A stretch of DNA of 64,000 nucleotides from Candidatus Eiseniibacteriota bacterium (lineage in GTDB: Bacteria > Eisenbacteria > RBG-16-71-46 > CAZAMP01), in contig OZ245046.1 of NCBI GenBank assembly GCA_965224245.1, positions 4,312,382-4,376,381 on the forward strand. The letters are read 5' to 3'. Below are positions 37,157 through 47,161 of this stretch, in pieces. The stretch's first letter is position 1; each line of letters starts with the position of its first letter. The notes under the pieces are model-generated. The model did not search any database and was not told where the DNA came from. It saw nothing but the letters and a program-made list of their open reading frames with translations. Position numbers and translations under genes: made by a program.

Positions 37157-39640
37157 CTACTCCCCGTCGTCGATCAGGCCCTGCATGATCTCGAGGTTCG
37201 CGCGAGCGAGCTCGTTGGTCGGGTCGAGCTTCAACGCGGCGGCGAACGCGGCGGCGGCGCCCCGCACGTCGCCGAGGTGGGCCCGCGCGACGCCGAGGTT
37301 GTTGTGGCTCTCGGTACGCCTCGGATCTAGCGCGACCGCTCGCTCCAGCATGGCGACCGCGTCCGCGTAGCGCTCCAGGTCGACGTACAGCGCACCGAGG
37401 TCGTACCGGGCGAACTCGGAGTCTGGACAGAGCGCGACCGCGGACTCGTACAGCTCCACCGCGCTCTCGGGCCGACCCCGGCGGTAGGCGGCGCGCCCGA
37501 TCGTGCTCAGGAAGTCCGCCGTCAGTCCGCACGGAACGTCGTCGAGACCGGCGAGAGCGTCGTCCGCCCCGCCGGTCGAGTCCGCGGCGTCGTCGGACGG
37601 ACGGCCGTAGACGTGAACGGCCCACCCGTCGTGCTCGCGAGCGTCGAACGTCGCGAGCTCGGTCCAGGTGCTCGCCAGGTGCCGGCGCAGCTCGCTCGCC
37701 CGGGGCGCGCTGACCGAGTCGGGCACGTCCTCGAACTCGCTACTGACCACCGCGTAGTCGACGTCCACGAACCAGCGCGGGTCGTAGAGCGGATCACACG
37801 CCGACGGTCCCATGACGTCGGTCGGGATCGGAACGATGATCAGCCTCAGATCACCCAGGTCGCGGTACCAGTCCTTGGCGCGCTGTGCGCCCTCGATGAC
37901 GACGGACGGCGCGGGGATGGCGTTCGCGCGGAACCACCGTCGGGCCGCCACGTCGGGGTCGATGCGCGCGCCCTCACTCATGACGCCGACCACCCGGAAC
38001 AGGACGACCGCCAGCCCCATCGCGGCAACGCCGACCGCCACCCGACGCAGCCGCCGGGAGGGTCGTGGAAACACATCGGGCCGGACCCACGGCTGCGCCG
38101 GTCCGAACACCCCGAATGCGATCGAGACGACCATCCAGGGGACGAGGGGCGTCACGTAGCGCGCTTGCATCGTGTGCGAGAGCGCGGTGGCCGCCCCGAA
38201 GGCCAGCGCGAACGCGAACGTCGCCACACCGAACGTGCGAACGCGATCCCGTACACGCAGCCGCGAGCGCGCCAGCGCAGCCCCCGCGAGCACGAAGCCG
38301 ATCAGCCACTCCAGACGCAGCACCCACCGCATGCTCGGCGCCAGCGCGAACACCACGTCGCCGTGAGGGGGACCCCAGTGCAACGTCTCCTCGCCCGGCC
38401 AGAAGTCGTCGAGCACGGGGTCGGCGCGCTTGCGCATCTGATAGCGTCCACCGTTCATCAGCTTTCCGGTCGTGAACACGCGCACGAGGCTGTCGAGATA
38501 GTAGTCCCGCAGGTAGGAAACCGGATGCTCGGCGATCCACGACCGCGCGAACGTGCGCAGGAGCTCGTTCACGAGGACGTACGCGTGATGGTACGGCTGA
38601 TCCTGTCCGCGACCGTAGCCGTACGGGTTGTCGTATCGCGCGAAGAGACGGCTGGCCGTCGTGTGCCACGACGGCGACTCCTCGCGGTATCGCCGCACGA
38701 ACTCGTCGGCGGCATCGCCTCCACCGCGAAGCGGATGGAAGAACGCCCACAGGAGCCGCTTGCCCGGCGAGTCGCTCGACCACCGGTGCCAGTCGGCGTC
38801 GTTCTCGGAGAGCATGTCGGGCGGGAACGTCGCGTAGTACTCGGTCAGGAGCCGGAGCTCGGGATCCTCGACGTCGTCGCCGTCACCGGGGCGGACGGAG
38901 ATGATCGGACCGATGTTGCCGGCGAACGTCCAGCCGTCGAACGTCGTCATGCGGAAGACGCCGTACTCCCGCTCGACCTGTCCGCACAGCCAGGCCACGA
39001 GCGCCACCGTGGGAATCGCGACGGCCGCCACGCGGGCCAGCCGCCCGGGTCCTCCGTACACGATGCAGGCGACCACGAGGGCGGCCGGAAGCGCCAGCCC
39101 GACGAAGCGCAGCGCGAGCGCGACCAGGGACGCGCCGATGCCCACCGAGAGCCACATCCACCGGCTCGGCTCGCGTTCGGCGCACACGTGTCCGATCGTC
39201 GCGGCGAGGGCGAGCGTGGATGCCGCGATGAACAGCCCGTCGGACAGGAGGTGGTGATCGAGGAACAGCGTCAGCGGATCCAGCGCGATGCAGAGCATCG
39301 TGCCGAGAACCGCCCAGCGCGGCCAGCGCACGTAGCGCCGCAGCACCTCGCCCAGCACCTGAACCGACAGGGCACGCAGGGTGGCCTGCAGGAGCACGGT
39401 GGTCAACGGTCCGCCGAGGAGCCGGGCCAGGGCCAGGAAGTACGAGTAGCCGATCGGTTTGTACGGGTTGGGGCGAAGCGTCTCCGCCGCCCAGATGTAC
39501 TCGCCGGTATCGCTGACGATGTACGGATCGGGGTAGAAGACGGACTGGATCCCCTTGACGCAGGCGAGGATCACCCAGAACGGCAGGAAGTACCGGACGA
39601 ACGAGGAGATCGCGTCACGCCGGGCCGAGGAGGTGCTCAT
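37157..39640 (-). CDS. Polytopic membrane protein (GT-C/ArnT-like N-terminus) with C-terminal TPR repeats
   Basis: First loop SDTGEY...YKPIGYSYFL, LLSDGLF and many TMs; terminal TPRs (ARYDLG, SHNNLG, ALKLDP). Confidence 0.7.
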   Translation of the reverse strand: MSTSSARRDAISSFVRYFLPFWVILACVKGIQSVFYPDPYIVSDTGEYIWAAETLRPNPYKPIGYSYFLALARLLGGPLTTVLLQATLRALSVQVLGEVLRRYVRWPRWAVLGTMLCIALDPLTLFLDHHLLSDGLFIAASTLALAATIGHVCAEREPSRWMWLSVGIGASLVALALRFVGLALPAALVVACIVYGGPGRLARVAAVAIPTVALVAWLCGQVEREYGVFRMTTFDGWTFAGNIGPIISVRPGDGDDVEDPELRLLTEYYATFPPDMLSENDADWHRWSSDSPGKRLLWAFFHPLRGGGDAADEFVRRYREESPSWHTTASRLFARYDNPYGYGRGQDQPYHHAYVLVNELLRTFARSWIAEHPVSYLRDYYLDSLVRVFTTGKLMNGGRYQMRKRADPVLDDFWPGEETLHWGPPHGDVVFALAPSMRWVLRLEWLIGFVLAGAALARSRLRVRDRVRTFGVATFAFALAFGAATALSHTMQARYVTPLVPWMVVSIAFGVFGPAQPWVRPDVFPRPSRRLRRVAVGVAAMGLAVVLFRVVGVMSEGARIDPDVAARRWFRANAIPAPSVVIEGAQRAKDWYRDLGDLRLIIVPIPTDVMGPSACDPLYDPRWFVDVDYAVVSSEFEDVPDSVSAPRASELRRHLASTWTELATFDAREHDGWAVHVYGRPSDDAADSTGGADDALAGLDDVPCGLTADFLSTIGRAAYRRGRPESAVELYESAVALCPDSEFARYDLGALYVDLERYADAVAMLERAVALDPRRTESHNNLGVARAHLGDVRGAAAAFAAALKLDPTNELARANLEIMQGLIDDGE

Positions 39641-39771
39641 GGCCAGGCACTCTAGCCCAAGGGGGTCGGCTCGGCGACCCCCACGACGCGGATTGGCCAC
39701 GCATCACGCCTCGACACCGTGGGCCGACCGGTCGTCGGCCCGATTGGAATCCGTCGAGGCGAGCGCCGTTC

Positions 39772-42700
39772 TCACCAGTGATCCGACCCGCCGCTCGACT
39801 TGTCGGGAAACGGCGGCGGGGTCGGCCGCGGTACCGGCGCCTCGGCGATCTTCCCCTCGAGGTAGGCGATCGCGGCGTCGAGCTGGGGATCCCGCCCCTT
39901 CATGAGCTCGGCGGGGTCGTCCTCGACGATCATGTCGGGCTCGACGCCGACGCCCTCGATGATCCACTCGCCCTCCGGTATCCACGCCGCGTAGTTCGGT
40001 ATGTACACCGCGCCACCGTCCACCAGGCGGTAGCCGCCGCCGCTTCCCACCTCACCTCCCCAGGTCCGCGTTCCGATCAACGGACCGATCCCGCGTCGCT
40101 GGAAGGCGTCGCTGAACTCCTCGGCGTTGGACCCGCTCTGGTCGTTGCAGAGCGCGGCCGCGTGCCCGGTGAACGCCCAGTCCTGCCGGCTCCAGGACGC
40201 GCCGTAGCGCGGCTTGAAGTACGAGTACCGGGGCGAGGACATCTGGAGGATGAGCATGGCGTGGATGTAGCCGCCGCCGTTGAACCGGACGTCGTAGATC
40301 AGACCGTCTCGGTCGAGACTCGCGTAGTAGTGCTTGCCGAACTCCTGAAAGCCGCGGCCGCTCATGTTCGGGATGTGCACGTAGCCGAGGTCGGGGCCTC
40401 CGTGCTCGAGCACGTACCGCCGCCGTCCCTCCACCCAGTCGAAGTAGCGTGCGCGTCGCTCGCTCCGCATCGGCTCGACGAACACCTCGCGCGCTCCGTC
40501 GAACGACGCGCGATCGTTCACCGTCAACGTGACGGCCCGGCCCGCCGTTCCGACCAGGAGCGCCTGGAGCTCCTGGTCCGCGCGCACGGGAGCGCCACTC
40601 ACCGCGACGATCACGTCCCCGACCGACACCTCGACTCCCGGGGTCAACAGCGGCGACCGAGCATCGAGATCGAAGCCGTCGCCGGCCAGGATCCGCGTGA
40701 TCCGGTACCCCGGCACGTCGTCGTTGACCGGCTCCACGTCGATCCCGAGGTAGCCCATCGGAATCAGGGGCGCGCGCTGCTCGTCGCCGCCGACGATGTA
40801 CGCGTGGCCGCAGTTCAGCTCGGCGACCATCTCGCGCTGGAGGAAGCTGAGATCGCTCCGCACCGCGACCGCCTCCAGCAGCGGCTCGTACTTGTCCCGG
40901 ACCGCCGGCCAGTCGACGCCGTGCATGCCGGGGTCGTAGAAGAAGTCGCGCGCGACCCGCCAGGTCTCGGCGAACATCTGCCGCCACTCGGCGACCGGAT
41001 CGATCGTGAGCGTCCAGCCGTCCGTCTCGACCTGGCCGTCGTCCTCGGGCATCTCGCCGGCGCCGGCATCCAGCAGCGTGAAGCGCTTCCCACGCCGGAC
41101 GAGGAGCTTCTTCCGGTCCGCGGAGAGGTCGAACTCGTCGAGCGCCTCCACGAGCACCTTCGCCTTCTTCTCCTCGAGATCGAAGGTGTGGAGCCGGCGG
41201 GGTCCGGACATCTCTCCGTCGTCCCCCTCGGCGCCCTCGTACGTCTCCAGGAGCAGCTTCTTCTCGATGGGAACCACGCGCGTGTACCGATCGGCGGGAA
41301 CCGGGACCTCGACGACACGGGTTGCGATCCCGTCCACGTCGACGGTCATGTCGGGCAGCTCCCGCTCGTCGTCGTTGTCATCCTCGTCGTCGTTGTCGTC
41401 CTCGTCGTCCTCGTTGCTCGCATCGTCGTCGGTCGCGCCCTCGCGGTCGTTCTCGTCGAGGAATGGAGACCGCGTCTCGGCGGCGAGCGTGACCAGCGTG
41501 ACCTTCGTCATCTTCTGGTCGTAGGTGAAGTACCGGTTGATCGGCGAGTAACGCGGGTCGAGCTCGCGATCGGCCAGGAAGTACAGGAGCTCGCCGTCGG
41601 GATCGAACGCCGGCGCGTAGCACGACATCGCGGGATCGGTGATCCGCGTGGTCTCGCCGGTCGCGATCTCGTACAGGTGGACGCTCCAGGCCCATCTCGG
41701 CTCCAGATGCGTGAAGGCGACCCACTTGCCGTCGGGGCTGAACGCGTACTGGCTCAGCACGATGTCGTACGATCCCCCGCGATCGGACTGGTCCACCACG
41801 GTCATGGCCCCGGAGGCCACGTCGACGAGCAACGTGCGCATCTCGCGATCGCTGGTCAGGAGCCGCTCGCCGTCGGGTGACCAGACGATCGGGCCCAGGG
41901 GGCCGGTGTGGCCGGACGTCACCTGTCGAGCCTCGCCGCCCGAGGCGGGCACGATCCAGATCTCCTCCTCACCCGAGACGTCGGACACGTACGCGACCTC
42001 GGCTCCGTCGGGAGACCACTCGGGGTACTGGCACCGGGCCGCGGCATCCGCCGCGACGACCCGCACGTCGCCGTGCTCGGCCGGCGCGCTCAGGATCTGT
42101 CCCCTCGCCGAGACGAGGATCCGCTTGCCGGTGGGACCCAGCTCGAAGCCGAAGAGCTGATCGTGCGCCGAGACGCGGCGCTCCCGCGCGTGAATCCGGT
42201 CGGAGCGAAGATCCAGGTGGATCGAGCGCGTCTGGCCGGTGGCCACGTCGTAGAGTCCGATGCCGTCGCCGTACTCGTACACGACGACCCGTCCGTCCGA
42301 CTGCGGGTAGCGCACCTCGAAGTCGGTGTAGGACGTGGCCGGCGTCACGTCGCCCGAGCCGGGATCCAGCGCGTGGAGGTTGGCCACGCCGTCGCGCTCG
42401 GACACGAAGTAGATCACGTCCCCGGCCCAGACCGGCTGGGTGTCCACGCCGAGATCGTCGGTCAGGCGCCGGAAGTCGGGCACCGCGTCCGCGTCGGGTG
42501 AGGGTGTCGCGAGCCACACGTCGTCGGCGAATCCGCCCCGGTAGCGCTTCCAGTTCTGCCACTCGCCGCTGATCGGCACGTACGCGATCCGTCCATCCGG
42601 GTGCAGCGTGGCGAACTCGCCGTACGGGACCGGCAGGCGGGTCGCGGCGCCGCCCGCGAGGGGAACCTGCCAGATGCGTGTGCGCATGGTCGTCCCGCGA

Positions 42701-43122
42701 CGCGATCGGAACACGACGTGCGTCCCGTCGGGGCTCCAGCCGAGCACGGTCACGCCACGGGGATCCCAGGTCAGGCGTCGCGGCACGCCGCCGGCGACGT
42801 CCATCACGTAGACCTCGCGAGCCCCGTCATAGCTCGCGGCGAACGCCAGCGTTCGCCCGTCCGGGGAGAAGAACGCCGGCCCCTCCGATCCCTCGTCGGA
42901 CGTGATCCGCATCGCGGTGCCGCGCTCGATCGAGCCGAGCCACAGATCACCTTCGCTGGTGAAGACGATCTGATCTCCCGAGACGTCGGGACGGCGGAGA
43001 AACTGAGCGGCGGCCCCGGCCGGTGACGCGGTCGCGAGCGCCAGGGTCAACCCGCCGCCGAGACACGCCACGACGAGCCGACGGGAAAGGCGACGGAAAG
43101 GGGAGTGGACACGCGAGCGCAC
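39772..43122 (-). CDS. Tricorn-type S41 family protease
   Basis: IVFTSEGDLW, WKRYRGG, EWRQMFAETWR, FFYDPGMHGVDW, ELNCGH, a PDZ domain, DVRFNGGG, SGSNAE and GTRTWGG; GTG 43122 follows AGGAGG (start inferred). Confidence 0.95.
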   Translation of the reverse strand: MRSRVHSPFRRLSRRLVVACLGGGLTLALATASPAGAAAQFLRRPDVSGDQIVFTSEGDLWLGSIERGTAMRITSDEGSEGPAFFSPDGRTLAFAASYDGAREVYVMDVAGGVPRRLTWDPRGVTVLGWSPDGTHVVFRSRRGTTMRTRIWQVPLAGGAATRLPVPYGEFATLHPDGRIAYVPISGEWQNWKRYRGGFADDVWLATPSPDADAVPDFRRLTDDLGVDTQPVWAGDVIYFVSERDGVANLHALDPGSGDVTPATSYTDFEVRYPQSDGRVVVYEYGDGIGLYDVATGQTRSIHLDLRSDRIHARERRVSAHDQLFGFELGPTGKRILVSARGQILSAPAEHGDVRVVAADAAARCQYPEWSPDGAEVAYVSDVSGEEEIWIVPASGGEARQVTSGHTGPLGPIVWSPDGERLLTSDREMRTLLVDVASGAMTVVDQSDRGGSYDIVLSQYAFSPDGKWVAFTHLEPRWAWSVHLYEIATGETTRITDPAMSCYAPAFDPDGELLYFLADRELDPRYSPINRYFTYDQKMTKVTLVTLAAETRSPFLDENDREGATDDDASNEDDEDDNDDEDDNDDERELPDMTVDVDGIATRVVEVPVPADRYTRVVPIEKKLLLETYEGAEGDDGEMSGPRRLHTFDLEEKKAKVLVEALDEFDLSADRKKLLVRRGKRFTLLDAGAGEMPEDDGQVETDGWTLTIDPVAEWRQMFAETWRVARDFFYDPGMHGVDWPAVRDKYEPLLEAVAVRSDLSFLQREMVAELNCGHAYIVGGDEQRAPLIPMGYLGIDVEPVNDDVPGYRITRILAGDGFDLDARSPLLTPGVEVSVGDVIVAVSGAPVRADQELQALLVGTAGRAVTLTVNDRASFDGAREVFVEPMRSERRARYFDWVEGRRRYVLEHGGPDLGYVHIPNMSGRGFQEFGKHYYASLDRDGLIYDVRFNGGGYIHAMLILQMSSPRYSYFKPRYGASWSRQDWAFTGHAAALCNDQSGSNAEEFSDAFQRRGIGPLIGTRTWGGEVGSGGGYRLVDGGAVYIPNYAAWIPEGEWIIEGVGVEPDMIVEDDPAELMKGRDPQLDAAIAYLEGKIAEAPVPRPTPPPFPDKSSGGSDHW

Positions 43123-43288
43123 GCGGCACCTCCTGAATCGATGGAGACGAGAAGCGAACGCGTGACGATACCACGCCGCACGGGTCTCGGGATCGGAACT
43201 CTGAACGGCTGGATACAAGACCGCCCGCTCGTGGCCGGGTGCCTCGGCGGGCGGGTCGGGATCCGACCTCCCGGCGGAGTCCGCCGGC

Positions 43289-44032
43289 CTATTCCGTGAC
43301 CACCGCCTCGGAGCGACCGACCTCGTCTCCCGGTGCGCTCCGCCAGTCGGTCAGGAACAGCTCCGCGGCCAGCGCGTGCCAGCGATCGCCGCCGATGTGG
43401 CGCCCGAAGCCGTAGATCGGCAGCCCGCCGTCCTGCATCACGACGCCGAGCTCCCGGCCCATCAACCCGCTGATCCGGTCCGACGTCTCCTTCATCCACG
43501 AGCGCGCCAGAGAGTACGGCAGCAGGTTCTTCAGCGAGCGCTCGGCCTCGCGCGGGCGCACCTCGAGCAGCCAGCCCTTCCCGTACGGATCGGCGCTGGC
43601 GGTCTGGGGTGCCTCGGCCGCGTCGTCGTTGATTCCCACGACGACGCCGTCCACCGGCGACAGCATGTCGATGACGTGGCCGTCCACCCGGAGATGGAAG
43701 CCCGGCTTTCCCTGTTCGAGCACGGTCCCCTCGGCCGGGAGCATGACCGCGCTCGGGCTTCCCAGGAAGTGATACGCGAAGTCGTCCACCCCCACGCGTA
43801 CGGTGTCGGCCTCGTCCGGTCGCGCCCAGGTGTGCCCCCGGTGATAGAAGAATCCCTCGGGAAGCCGGAACCACTCGACCGGAGCCGAGTCGGCCGCCCC
43901 GGCGACCGCGCCCCGGACCCGCGCCGGCGACGCCGACCAGATCCGCGCCGCGAGACGTGTCAAGGGAACGAGCAGCGCCAGGTACCCGATGGCCAGGATG
44001 TACTCGATGCCCTTGGTCGGCATGAAATCCAT
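43289..44032 (-). CDS. Membrane-anchored glycine cleavage H-like protein lacking the lipoyl-Lys
   Basis: YHRGHTW, VGVDDFA, SPVDG.V..IN and DPYGKGW; Gly at the lipoyl-Lys position; N-terminal TM; C-terminal MQDGG extension. Confidence 0.88.
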   Translation of the reverse strand: MDFMPTKGIEYILAIGYLALLVPLTRLAARIWSASPARVRGAVAGAADSAPVEWFRLPEGFFYHRGHTWARPDEADTVRVGVDDFAYHFLGSPSAVMLPAEGTVLEQGKPGFHLRVDGHVIDMLSPVDGVVVGINDDAAEAPQTASADPYGKGWLLEVRPREAERSLKNLLPYSLARSWMKETSDRISGLMGRELGVVMQDGGLPIYGFGRHIGGDRWHALAAELFLTDWRSAPGDEVGRSEAVVTE

Positions 44033-44046
44033 GACTCACTCCCCCT

Positions 44047-45309
44047 TCACGCCACCGACGACTGGATCCGGGGCGTCGAGGCATCCCGGGAAGTCCGGGA
44101 CTCGGTCGACGCGCCGAGTACGGCCATGCGATTGATCACCCACCGGAACACCCAGATCTCGGCGCTGACGACACCCATCACCACGACGATCTCCATCCAG
44201 GTGGGGACGTAGTGGTGCACGGCGTCGTAGCGGAACGCGATCACCGACACGTTCAGGCGATTCAGGACCACGCCGGCCAGCGTCAGGACGGACGCGACCC
44301 GGATGACCTTCTGCCGCCGCGTCGCCGCTCCGTACGCGAACAGCACCATCGGCACCGCAACCAGACCCAGGATCTCGAGCGTCCACCAGCCCGCGTAGAA
44401 CCCCGAGAGATCACGCCAGTGCTGTCCGTGCAGGAAGTTGAGCGCCAGCAGGAACAGATACGCGAACATCGCACCGGCGCAGATTCGCGCCAGCCCGACG
44501 ACGATGTCGCGATGGGCCGAGATCAGCTTCAGGCTCATCCGGTGAAAGAACGCTCGGTGGGTCAGCGTGCCCTCGAGGATCACCATCGAGAGACCGGCGA
44601 ACACGCTCGAGACCACGAACAGCACGGGCAGGAACTCCGAGTACCAGAGCGGATGGAGCTTCTGCTTCGCCATCAGATAGAGGGCGCCCAGGCCGGACTG
44701 GTGCAGGAGCGACAGCGTGATCCCGAGGATCACGGCGCCCACCGTCATCCGGGCCAGGACCCGGCGTGCGCGCTCGGCGCCGAACCACTCGGCGATCGCG
44801 GGCGAGAACTCCACCAGCTCGGCCAGCATGTACAGAAGGAAGTGCCATGCGACCAGGAACAGGACCGACGTCATCCCGAACGAGTTTCCGATGATCGGGT
44901 TGACGACGTGCCACGGCCGGCCGAGGTCCAGAACGAGCGCTCCGGCATAGAACACGTACGCCAGGAAGCCGTTCAGCACCGTGACCCGGACGATCGGCTT
45001 GTACGCCTCGAGGCGCAGGATGTAGACGAGGAACGTCACCATGTACGCGCCACCGGCCAGCGCCACGCCGGCCATGACGTCGAAACCGATCCAGAGGCCC
45101 CACGGAACGTCCTGGGACAGGTTCGTCACCGCCCCCAGACCGTAGGCGAAGCGGATCGCGATGATCACCGCCGCCGCGAGCATGAGGACGGCGGTGATCA
45201 GATTGAACGGCGTCAGCACACGCCCCTTCGGACGCAGCTCTCGTCTCAGGAACGCACGTGTTCCCAGACGCTGACGCGGATGAACGGGCATCGGCACGAC
45301 GGCGCTCAT
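44047..45309 (-). CDS. NrfD/PsrC/HybB-type integral membrane subunit
   Basis: GLGAVTNLS...PWGLWIGFDV..GVALAGG, DLGRPW, LSLLHQSGLG, KLHPLW and LNRLNV motifs. Confidence 0.93.
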   Translation of the reverse strand: MSAVVPMPVHPRQRLGTRAFLRRELRPKGRVLTPFNLITAVLMLAAAVIIAIRFAYGLGAVTNLSQDVPWGLWIGFDVMAGVALAGGAYMVTFLVYILRLEAYKPIVRVTVLNGFLAYVFYAGALVLDLGRPWHVVNPIIGNSFGMTSVLFLVAWHFLLYMLAELVEFSPAIAEWFGAERARRVLARMTVGAVILGITLSLLHQSGLGALYLMAKQKLHPLWYSEFLPVLFVVSSVFAGLSMVILEGTLTHRAFFHRMSLKLISAHRDIVVGLARICAGAMFAYLFLLALNFLHGQHWRDLSGFYAGWWTLEILGLVAVPMVLFAYGAATRRQKVIRVASVLTLAGVVLNRLNVSVIAFRYDAVHHYVPTWMEIVVVMGVVSAEIWVFRWVINRMAVLGASTESRTSRDASTPRIQSSVA

Positions 45310-45310
45310 G

Positions 45311-46225
45311 TCAGGCCTCCCCCGAGGGATCGGTCCACTCGGTCGTCGAGTTCGTTCCGCCGGACGCGCTCGCGTGCGAGTCGCTCGCGACCCGCGATCC
45401 GGTCGCACCGCGCAGTCCCAGGAGCGCCATCGGCACCAGTCCGATCACCACGGGCACCGCCGTGAGGAAGTCCCGCGTCAGCTCCGGGTAGGACGTGTCG
45501 TCGAGATCCGTGGGGAAGCCGAGCTCCGCGAAGTCCACCTTCGAGATGTAGAGCCAGCCGGTTCCCCCGGCCTCGTGCTCACCGTAGATGTGCGGGACGT
45601 ACTCGTCGTCCTCGGCCAGCCGTGCGCGCGCGATCCGGAGCAGCCCGGACCGGCGACCGAAGGTCAGCGCCTCGGCCGGGCACTCCTCCACACAGGCCGG
45701 CTGCTCCCCCTCCTTCAAGCGTTCCCAGCACATCGTGCACTTCTCGATCCGGGGGTTCCGGCTGTGGTACTCGAACTTCGGCACGTCGAACGGGCACGAG
45801 ATCATGCAGTAGCGGCACCCCATGCACTTGTCGCCGTTCCACACCACCGGTCCGTCCGGTGTCCTGGACAGCGCCTTGGTCAGGCAGCCGGCCGCGCAAG
45901 CGGGCTGGAGACAGTGCATGCACTGACGCCGGACGTAGACGTCACCCTTGCTCGTCTGGAACCGGGAGACCGCCACCCGTCGCCGGTCGCTGGTCGTGCG
46001 GAATCCCACCTCGTCGAGGTCGACGTCCTCCGGCTCGGGGAGGCCGTTGGCCTCGGCGCAGGCGTACTCGCAGCTCCGGCAACCCTCGCAGAGGCTGAGA
46101 TCCACGAGGACACCCCAGCCGTCGACGTCGACTCCATCATCCGCGCTCGCTCGTGACGCCCCCGGGCGGGCAATGGACGCGCTGCCCATCACCGCGAGCG
46201 TCTGAAGAAAGCTACGCCGCTTCAT
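45311..46225 (-). CDS. Tat-exported 4x[4Fe-4S] protein (HybA/NrfC/FdnH-like) with C-terminal anchor
   Basis: MKRRSFL Tat motif; CEGCRSC...C, CMHCLQPAC...C, CMGCRYC...CP and KCTMC...PAC...CP; IYGEHEAGGT; C-terminal TM. Confidence 0.93.
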   Translation of the reverse strand: MKRRSFLQTLAVMGSASIARPGASRASADDGVDVDGWGVLVDLSLCEGCRSCEYACAEANGLPEPEDVDLDEVGFRTTSDRRRVAVSRFQTSKGDVYVRRQCMHCLQPACAAGCLTKALSRTPDGPVVWNGDKCMGCRYCMISCPFDVPKFEYHSRNPRIEKCTMCWERLKEGEQPACVEECPAEALTFGRRSGLLRIARARLAEDDEYVPHIYGEHEAGGTGWLYISKVDFAELGFPTDLDDTSYPELTRDFLTAVPVVIGLVPMALLGLRGATGSRVASDSHASASGGTNSTTEWTDPSGEA

Positions 46226-46988
46226 GCTCACCCCCAAAGAAGCTCGTGCGTACGTGCTCCCACTGGGCGTCTCCGATCAGTCGGTGCAGCTCGTCCACGA
46301 GCGCACCGCCGTCGGCGACGACCGGCGAGTGCTCGTCCCCCGAGAGGACGGCGATGAGACGATCGACCTCTCCCTTGAACCAGTCCCGCGCGCGGCGACC
46401 CAGGAGGAGATCGCAGCGCGGCTCGCTCGCGTCGTCGCACGCGACCCGGAGGGCCCAGCCTCTCGCGTAGGGATCCCGGTTGACCAGTCCGGCGTCGGAC
46501 CGGAGCGCGTCGTTCACGAACTCCACGCGCCCGGAGATCGGTGATGTCAGCTCGATCCAGCGAGATCGGGCACGGAGACGGATCGCGGGCTTTCCGCGCT
46601 CGACGCGATCCCCGGGAACGGGGAGCTCGATGCCGTGGAGCGGCCCCAGGAGACGCGGTGCCAGATCGTCGGATCCCACGATCGCGGTGCCGGGCAGGAA
46701 CCGGACCCAGGCGTGTCCGCGATCGAGCGCCACGTCGGTCCCCAGACGAAGTCCCTTGTGGAGGATCTCCGCGGCCGACATCGCACCGAAGCGCTCGCGG
46801 AAACCCGGGCTCACGGCGTACGCGACCGCCACCGCCACCAATGCACTGGCGAACGCGACCAGGAGCGCGACGCGGACTGCCACGACGAGAAACGCGAGCA
46901 GCGGTAGGGCGAGCAGCACGAGAACCGCCCCGGTGATCACGACCGTCGTGAGGATCGCGTGCCGGCTTCGGCTGCTAGTGCGTGACAT
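46212..46988 (-). CDS. Second membrane-anchored GcvH-like protein lacking the lipoyl-Lys
   Basis: RGHAWV, VGSDDLA, SPISGRV..VN and DPYARGW; Ser at the lipoyl-Lys position; two N-terminal TMs; VADGG extension. Confidence 0.85.
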   Translation of the reverse strand: MSRTSSRSRHAILTTVVITGAVLVLLALPLLAFLVVAVRVALLVAFASALVAVAVAYAVSPGFRERFGAMSAAEILHKGLRLGTDVALDRGHAWVRFLPGTAIVGSDDLAPRLLGPLHGIELPVPGDRVERGKPAIRLRARSRWIELTSPISGRVEFVNDALRSDAGLVNRDPYARGWALRVACDDASEPRCDLLLGRRARDWFKGEVDRLIAVLSGDEHSPVVADGGALVDELHRLIGDAQWEHVRTSFFGGEHEAA

Positions 46989-47036
46989 GACGCCTCCCTT
47001 CCCCCGCATGTCGGGGAACGACCGCCCTCACCTCTT

Positions 47037-47052
47037 CGCATGTGGCGCGCCA
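47037..47052 (-). promoter_or_regulatory. Putative sigma54 -24/-12 promoter
   Basis: Minus-strand TGGCGCGCCACATGCG (GG-N10-GC) about 50 bp upstream of ATG 46988; a GAFTGA activator is encoded divergently. Confidence 0.6.
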
Positions 47053-47161
47053 GTCCGCCCGGGAGAGCCCCACGGATCGTGCAACCGGCCATCACGCGAA
47101 CGCTTGCGTTCGATCGTCCGGAGATCGGGGAGGACGCCCGCTGGCGGGAGGCGGCCCCGGG

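Noticed and set aside
41365-41435. Asp/Glu-rich repetitive stretch in the tricorn gene
   Set aside because: A low-complexity linker is common at this position in tricorn-like proteases.
43289-46988. Calling the H-like genes gcvH, or the FeS/membrane pair hydrogenase-2 hybAB
   Set aside because: The lipoyl Lys is absent and there are no gcvT/P or hydrogenase structural/maturation genes, so gene symbols were withheld.
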